Shown here in pieces: positions 58,011 through 64,000 of a stretch of 64,000 nt of DNA. The translations under genes and the position numbers were made by a program. The stretch is from a virus. Its lineage: Duplodnaviria > Caudoviricetes. Below the pieces are notes generated by a model, which did no database searches, was not told the origin of the DNA, and worked only from the letters and a program-made list of their open reading frames with translations. Position 1 is the first letter of the stretch; the number at the start of each line of letters is the position of its first letter. The stretch is taken from positions 1,500-65,499 of IMG/VR virus record IMGVR_UViG_3300050021_000713. One strand, 5' to 3'.

Positions 58011-58515
58011 TCCGGAATGCACTCGCACTCGTACAGGCTGCAGCGGAAACCGTTCCGTCGGATTTGAAATCTGCGTCGGAGCGCAACGACGCTTTGCTGC
58101 TCGCGTTCAAGGAGAAGCTGTTCTACGGCGGTGGACGGTATGTCTTGTACGGATCCGACGGGAAGCACCTGCTCAATCTCGGTTTCGGTTTCAACAAGAC
58201 GCCGCGCGGCGGTTGGAAAACTGGATCGTGGAGCTCACTCCAGACAGCTACGATTCCAGGGAAGAGCATGTTCCGGTTGGAGTCTGGCGACTGTTGCGGC
58301 ATGGCACCGGTCTGGTCCTATCCAGGTTCCAATCAAACACGTACAAGGACACGGTGCCGCTGGCAGCTTCGCACTACTACGACATTTCGAAGGCGGACGA
58401 CTACATGTCGATCCGACGCATGATCGCGAACAACATCTACAAAGAGATCATCCGGTTACGCGTGGCCGCAGGTCACGACGACATCAAGTACCAACACGTC
58501 GACTTCTCCAGGTGA
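58007..58515 (+). pseudogene. ALxLV-AAAE family protein interrupted by a -1 frameshift
   Basis: MIRNALALVQAAAET... continues in the -1 frame as FQQDAARRLENWIVEL...VDFSR*; shift near GGTTTCGGTTTC (58181-58192). Confidence 0.5.
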
Positions 58516-58522
58516 CCAAAAC

Positions 58523-60448
58523 ATGATCACGAACGTCTTGCACCTGGTACAGTCCGCTGCGGAACCGAAGCCGAAGAATGCTGCGGTAATGTCGCTGCTG
58601 CGCCTGGAGTTCGCGTTCGAGAACGGAAGTGTATCTCGGAGCGACCTCAGCTTCCAGAGCTCTGGATTCAATGTCGAGGTGTACGAAACCCACGACGATG
58701 GTTCCATCCTGTTCTCGTTGACACGCCCCGGCGCCACGGAACCGATCGGTTACATCGAGCTGTTCTCCGGCTACGGTGCAATGCACCGGCAGCAGGGTTT
58801 GAAGAAGGCTACACCAGCGCTCGTTCTGTGGGATGCAACGAACGAGGTGAAGCTGCACACATTTGACGCTAGGCTTGTAGACCGGTTGCTGCGCACCAAA
58901 CACGTGAGCACACGTGAACAGGTGATCCAGCTGTTCCAGGCGTTGCTGAAGTCCATGCTCCCGAAGGCTGCGGATGTCTTGGAAAAGCATGCCACAGCCG
59001 CGACGGAACCAGAAGTCGGAAACCCGCTCAGCTTCATGCGCAATCTGCGACGGCGACTGATCGAACATCCGGTCCAGATCCGTATCGGTTCCCAAGTCGT
59101 TGCGTTTTCAAGTAGTAGGCTTCAGTCCAATGGTTTGAACGTGTTCTACGTCGGATCCCGCACAAACCCAAGGTTGTTGGCTTCGGCTGGTGACCACTAC
59201 TGTCTGTTCATGCCGCTGACGACGGTCCATATTCCTGTTGTTGAGCACGAGACCGCGCCTGTATTTCTGTTACGGGTGGCAAAGCTGTTCCTCGAACATC
59301 CAGAGCTGAACCGAGCCCGCGCTGCTGTGGAACCGGAACCACAGCACACCGACATCAACACCGTGTACCGGAACCAGATGGCTCTACACCGGGCAGCCGT
59401 GGCTGTCATCAAGACCGGTAGGAACGGTTCCTTTCACATGAATATCCGTGGCGTTGAGATTTGGCTATCGGTGTCGTTCAACTCCACCATCCACGCCGTG
59501 CTCATGTTACCTACGGGACAGCGCGACATCAACTTCTCACCGTCGGACTTCGCCGACGACAGCTTGATGTACACCGTTGAAGGTCACCACCCAGCGGTCC
59601 AGGTACCGAAGCGATACCAGATGAACGACGGAACGCCGAAGCAGTATCTGCAGCACCTGGTCGCGTTCGCGTTGGAGAAGCTGGCTCCGTCAGCAGAGGC
59701 CGCGGCAGAACCCGAAATACAGAAGGATCCTTGGGACGGCGTCAACACCGACAATCTACTCACGAGCCCGGTGCCGAAACAGAAGGTCCAGGTTGACGAC
59801 GCCGTGGTCACGGTGCAGTCCACGGAGTACCAGCGCAAGCCGGCGTGGGAGATTCGAATTCAACTTCCGATACCGGGTCCGAAAAAGACTGCGACTGCTA
59901 CGTACCTGGTGAAGCTCGGGTATCCTGCTTCAGGTTCCGGGCAGCAGTCGTACTTGCTGATGTTGCAGACATCGAGCGGGTGCCGACAACGATTTGACTG
60001 CACCTGGGCGGTTATCGATCGCAGGGTGAACACGGCGAAAAAGCTGATGCAAGAAGTCGTACGCGCCGCGGTGAAAGACTTCCAGCAGCTCCGGGCGAAC
60101 GCGGTCTCGCGTTCGAAGTACGCGCACGGCGCCGCGGAGCCACAGCCGGAGAAGTTCGGCTGGGCGCAGGTTGAAGAGTACCTGGACAACACACCACCGC
60201 ATGAAGTACGGACGAAGGATGTGACGCTAGGGTACGATCCCGATCTCGACGATGCTCACCGTGTTTTCTTCGTCACCAGCGTTCCCGGGTGTGGTTTAGG
60301 CTACGTCCAGGATGCCGGAGATGGTCACGGGGTTCGGGTCTACGTCAACAACGTCTTCCGCACCACGGTACGGGTAACGTCGTTGCAGGATCTCCTGAAG
60401 CAGATCGACCGGTTGACGAAGGCACACGCGAAACGCCCACGGACATGA
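58523..60448 (+). CDS. modular protein (5 modules joined by AAEP-type linkers), putative virion polyprotein
   Basis: SAAEP, ATAATEP, ARAAVEP, AEAAAEP and AHGAAEP at about 110-145 aa spacing. Confidence 0.7.
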   Translation: MITNVLHLVQSAAEPKPKNAAVMSLLRLEFAFENGSVSRSDLSFQSSGFNVEVYETHDDGSILFSLTRPGATEPIGYIELFSGYGAMHRQQGLKKATPALVLWDATNEVKLHTFDARLVDRLLRTKHVSTREQVIQLFQALLKSMLPKAADVLEKHATAATEPEVGNPLSFMRNLRRRLIEHPVQIRIGSQVVAFSSSRLQSNGLNVFYVGSRTNPRLLASAGDHYCLFMPLTTVHIPVVEHETAPVFLLRVAKLFLEHPELNRARAAVEPEPQHTDINTVYRNQMALHRAAVAVIKTGRNGSFHMNIRGVEIWLSVSFNSTIHAVLMLPTGQRDINFSPSDFADDSLMYTVEGHHPAVQVPKRYQMNDGTPKQYLQHLVAFALEKLAPSAEAAAEPEIQKDPWDGVNTDNLLTSPVPKQKVQVDDAVVTVQSTEYQRKPAWEIRIQLPIPGPKKTATATYLVKLGYPASGSGQQSYLLMLQTSSGCRQRFDCTWAVIDRRVNTAKKLMQEVVRAAVKDFQQLRANAVSRSKYAHGAAEPQPEKFGWAQVEEYLDNTPPHEVRTKDVTLGYDPDLDDAHRVFFVTSVPGCGLGYVQDAGDGHGVRVYVNNVFRTTVRVTSLQDLLKQIDRLTKAHAKRPRT

Positions 60449-63400
60449 GCAGCGCACTCGATCTCGTGCGCGCGGCCGCGGAGCCGGCGCCGAGCACAAG
60501 AACACCTAGTCAGGCCTTCGATGCTTTGTGCGCGGAGTTGCGGAATCGCGTGATTCGGATCCAGCACGGGCAGTACAAGGTGCAAGTGTTCTTGATCCAA
60601 TTCCCGTCTATCCAGGTTCGATCCACGGCCTGGGAGAATCCAGATCACTCTGTAGTCACGGGTTTGCGCATCTCCAGATCCGGGCGCGGAACGTACCCGA
60701 AGCTGAGTGCGGTTGCTAACGATGCCCTCGCCGAGTACATACCCGGTGACATCCATCGCGGTGTCAGCACCTGGCAGGATCTTTTGCGCAACGCCGTCAA
60801 CCTTTCGATCCGGTACGCGGAGAAGGAACACCGGAATCTGGTGCGGATGCAGAAGCTGAATGCACGGTTGAACCGTCCAACAGCAGCTACGGAGTCGTTG
60901 TTGCATGACGACCTGCATCGGTCTACACCAAGTGACAGTCTGCGCAAGCGCTTGAGCCGGCTCGGGAATGGCCGTGTTTTCACCTACAAAGGACACCGGT
61001 TCCAAATTCAAACCTACGGGAACGATGATTCCTGCGTCGTCTTTCCACGGCCTCCGTTTCCTAACGCCAACAACGCCGAGAACGTGCAGTGGATTCTGTA
61101 TCAGGACCACTACGCTCCTGGGCCGGAAAAGGACCGGTGGCTGAAAGACAAAGGTCCGTTGAGCGCGGTGCCGCGACACACGTTTCTACAACCGAAGGTC
61201 GACACCGGGCGCGGCCATGCGGCTTCTTCGGTACTGAACGAGCGACAGCACTGGATCGAGGAAGCAGAGCTGAAGACCGATCGTGATCTTGTCCTGGCCT
61301 TGCTCAAGAATTCGGAGCCGCTACTACGCGGTCACGGATTTCGCATCAAGCCCGGCGCAGCTACAGCCGCCGCAGAACCTCTGTTGCATAACGACTTGCA
61401 CCGTGAAGTGAATCGTGCCGCGTACGACATCACAACTAGAACCCGGAATGACTGGCGCGGGCGTCGGTTCCTTGAACTCTCGCTCGTTGACTTTCCCAGG
61501 AGCAGCAACACCTGGATCTATCGAGTGTACACCGATGACGGTCATGGCAAGCATCGGTTTACGTTATACCAAATCCGTCGCGTAGGCGCAGGTAAGGAGC
61601 TTGTTGGGCATACCTTGAATCGAGACCGACCGCTGCGTTCTTTCGCGGAGTTGCTGAATGCTGCTGTGGAGTACTGCGTCAACAGCACCGACAAGGCACG
61701 CGGTGTGACCGCAGCTGCGGAACCACAGCCGCCACAGGAGCCGGCTCCTGTGGATCTGCTGAAGATGGCAAAGCTGCCGGAGAAGACGTTCCACGTCAAA
61801 GGACTTGAAATCAAGGCCCGCAGCAGCGAGTACAATTCCAAGCCGGTTTGGTCCTTCGTTCTCGAAGGCCGCGAGGAGCGGAAGCCGCGCACGTTCATTC
61901 TACGGTCCGACTACCACCAGCGTGGAACCCGCTACGAGCTGATCCTAGGCGACCCGGGTTCGCGCGAGCAGGGTGTTGACTGTTGGGAGATCCAGGATCC
62001 GCGGGTTCGGACACCGAGGCAGTTGCTCCAGGTAACAGTCGAAGCCATTGTCAAACTCGAGCTCTCCTGGTTGTCCGTGTTGCCACCGGACCACCCACAT
62101 CGCCGCGGCGTGACCGCCGCTACAGAACACACGGACTTGAACGACATGAGCCTGGGGCAGATGTTCATGTACTTGTACCGGAAGAGCAAGAGCAAGCCCG
62201 CGGACGTGAAGATGGATGGACATCGGTGTCACATCCGTTTCAACGACGTGTACTCGGCTTGGGTGTGTCTGGACGATTCGGACATGAAGACCGTGCTTTT
62301 CAGCGTCGACAACCTCCACCACCGTGTACGTGGATTGGAGCCGGTGCTGCGCATGCATCTTAACGGCAGCAACATCCAGGAGCTGCTGTGGCAGTCGGAG
62401 TTGCCGCGGAATCCACAGGCGTTGATGCAGCGCATGGTCGCGGAGTCGGTGAAGTTCCTGGAGACGCGCGGCGCGACAGCAGCCGCGGAGCCTGTAGTCG
62501 AACGGCACAGCGAAGACACGAGCGCGTACAAGGCGATCTTGCTGGTGGTGGAGAGAAAGCCGAAGTTCACCGTCGCCGGTACCAGTGTTCATGTTGAAGA
62601 CGCGCACGTCAACAGCAACTTGGCGTGGGTGCTTCTGGTCCTGACTCAAGGCAGCGACACGTACCGGATCAGAATGCGCGCCATGACCTACGACACCAGG
62701 ATCTCAGTGGAGTTTGACTGGAAGCCGGACCGCACGTACTCCCACATCTACTACATCCCGGAATCGAAGTTGAAGCCGGACAACACCGCGGTAACGCTGA
62801 CGGAGTTGGTACGTGTATGCGGACTCCATCACGGCGCTGTGTCCGAGATCCCACATCTGGACCAAGACGCGGTTGAGATCTGTGCTGAGTCCATCGCGGA
62901 GACGATCCTCGATGACATCGGCGATCGCGAGAGCCAAAAGTACGACGAAGACAACGACGAGCCCAAGCTTTCCGCCAAGTGGTCCCACACCGATCTGGAC
63001 CCGGCGTCGAAAGCGATGTTGCTGAAGGTCGCGCGGTCCTTCTACGTCCGGATCGCGAATTCTCTGGCAGCGTTCGTCGCCGAGCACGGAAGCAAATGCG
63101 CGCCGGCACCGAAGGACATCGGGTACTACATCGCCCAGGAGTTCATCAGCAGCAGCCTCGGTTTCGAGGACATGAACGCACCAAAGCATTTGAACAACAG
63201 TGAGGCCTGGGAAGCATTGATGGGCGAGATGACCGACGCCACACAAGCGGTTACGCGTGGACTGCAGTTCGTCACCATCAAGCACGAGTCCGGAAAGCTG
63301 CACATCAAAACCTACGGCGGTGCCATTGCGACCGCAGCTGCGGAGCCGAAGCCCAGGTTCGACGTCACTGAACTTGACGATGTTGTGCAGGAGCTGTGCC

Positions 63401-63807
63401 GGCGTTGCCACGGCAAGCCGATCGGTGACGACGAGTTCGACATCGGCCCGTTCCACGAAGACATTGGTACCATGACCGTGCGCGTCTTCCGCGCCCGGAA
63501 CGAAGAGAACCGGAATCCGAAACACTTCAGTGTCGGTGTGTACCTGTTCAACGAACAGCTGGACCTCGAACCCGAGATCAGGATCCAGGATCGTGGTGAT
63601 GTAACCGCGGCGATGCAGGAACTGCTGCGGATCCACAACGCGGTTCGAGCGTTGGCGAAAGCCGCACCAGACCCGGAACGATTCCGCGCCGCCGTGATCC
63701 GGTACGGTCAGGAGCTGGAACGTGGCCACGGCGAGTACGGCCAGGATCCAAGCAACAACTGGGCTGTGGAACTGGCCGGGTTCTGGCGCCGGCTGCGAAG
63801 GGCTTGA
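60445..63807 (+). CDS. modular protein (7-8 modules joined by TAAAEP-type linkers), putative virion polyprotein
   Basis: ATG60445 MSSALDLVRAAAEP; internal PTAATES, ATAAAEP, VTAAAEP, VTAATEH, ATAAAEP, ATAAAEP. Confidence 0.72.
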   Translation: MSSALDLVRAAAEPAPSTRTPSQAFDALCAELRNRVIRIQHGQYKVQVFLIQFPSIQVRSTAWENPDHSVVTGLRISRSGRGTYPKLSAVANDALAEYIPGDIHRGVSTWQDLLRNAVNLSIRYAEKEHRNLVRMQKLNARLNRPTAATESLLHDDLHRSTPSDSLRKRLSRLGNGRVFTYKGHRFQIQTYGNDDSCVVFPRPPFPNANNAENVQWILYQDHYAPGPEKDRWLKDKGPLSAVPRHTFLQPKVDTGRGHAASSVLNERQHWIEEAELKTDRDLVLALLKNSEPLLRGHGFRIKPGAATAAAEPLLHNDLHREVNRAAYDITTRTRNDWRGRRFLELSLVDFPRSSNTWIYRVYTDDGHGKHRFTLYQIRRVGAGKELVGHTLNRDRPLRSFAELLNAAVEYCVNSTDKARGVTAAAEPQPPQEPAPVDLLKMAKLPEKTFHVKGLEIKARSSEYNSKPVWSFVLEGREERKPRTFILRSDYHQRGTRYELILGDPGSREQGVDCWEIQDPRVRTPRQLLQVTVEAIVKLELSWLSVLPPDHPHRRGVTAATEHTDLNDMSLGQMFMYLYRKSKSKPADVKMDGHRCHIRFNDVYSAWVCLDDSDMKTVLFSVDNLHHRVRGLEPVLRMHLNGSNIQELLWQSELPRNPQALMQRMVAESVKFLETRGATAAAEPVVERHSEDTSAYKAILLVVERKPKFTVAGTSVHVEDAHVNSNLAWVLLVLTQGSDTYRIRMRAMTYDTRISVEFDWKPDRTYSHIYYIPESKLKPDNTAVTLTELVRVCGLHHGAVSEIPHLDQDAVEICAESIAETILDDIGDRESQKYDEDNDEPKLSAKWSHTDLDPASKAMLLKVARSFYVRIANSLAAFVAEHGSKCAPAPKDIGYYIAQEFISSSLGFEDMNAPKHLNNSEAWEALMGEMTDATQAVTRGLQFVTIKHESGKLHIKTYGGAIATAAAEPKPRFDVTELDDVVQELCRRCHGKPIGDDEFDIGPFHEDIGTMTVRVFRARNEENRNPKHFSVGVYLFNEQLDLEPEIRIQDRGDVTAAMQELLRIHNAVRALAKAAPDPERFRAAVIRYGQELERGHGEYGQDPSNNWAVELAGFWRRLRRA

Positions 63808-63829
63808 CCTGACCCAGGCCTGGAACTAG

Positions 63830-64000
63830 ATTCCAGGTGTGGCCGCTGAACCAAAACCAAGACAGCTCCCGTTTCAGGTCCAGATGCGCCTGCACCAGCA
63901 GATTTGTTTGGACTTGGAAGTGACCTTGCAGGTTCAAGGGCTCGAGTACCGGTTCCGGATCGGCCACATAACCCGCTCGCTTCAGGTGCCAGAACTTACC
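63830..64000 (+). CDS. further AAEP-family protein, 3' partial, start unclear
   Basis: Open frame IPGVAAEPKPRQLPFQVQMRL... to the window end; preceded by an in-frame TAG. Confidence 0.4.
   Translation, partial: MPGVAAEPKPRQLPFQVQMRLHQQICLDLEVTLQVQGLEYRFRIGHITRSLQVPELT

Noticed and set aside
58523-63807. CRISPR array or DGR explanation for the periodic linkers
   Set aside because: The repeats are conserved at the amino-acid level with synonymous variation and 330-500 nt spacing inside ORFs; no cas or reverse transcriptase gene in the window.
63809-63841. In-frame TAG before IPGVAAEP suggesting stop-codon reassignment
   Set aside because: Several clear genes (acpP and those ending at 2279, 3561, 5042) terminate at TAG, long genes are not fragmented, and no suppressor tRNA is seen; more likely a degenerate start.

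Overview
This window is a segment of a large (jumbo-like), GC-rich, contractile-tailed phage genome. Every credible gene is on the + strand except one inserted tnpB. 1-12.6 kb is an accessory and host-takeover region: a MazG-like gene, five tRNAs (Met-CAT, Gln-TTG, Ser-TGA, Glu-CTC, Thr-TGT), an HNH endonuclease, an M16 peptidase, and an operon tRNA-Glu - gltX - acpP - HD/CoaD fusion - CoaE-like kinase - CYTH. 12.6-23.2 kb covers transcription and recombination: a degenerate NYN protein, a sigma-70-like factor, an SSB-like protein with a long low-complexity tail, a CxxC-less thioredoxin, an apparently catalytically dead topoisomerase IA, an intein-containing RecA, SbcD/Mre11 and RuvC. 23.3-58 kb is morphogenesis: a giant tail sheath with nested repeats, tail tube, tail chaperone with a -1 slippery site, tape measure, terminase, a solo IS607-like tnpB element, portal and neck. 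From 58 kb to the end lies a family of proteins built from about 110-165 aa modules joined by a recurrent (A/V)-T-A-A-(A/T)-E-P linker and sharing an 'ALDLV..AAEP' N-terminus. I interpret these as protease-processed, capsid-packaged polyproteins, the most novel-looking system here. All calls come from reading motifs by eye; no database search was run.
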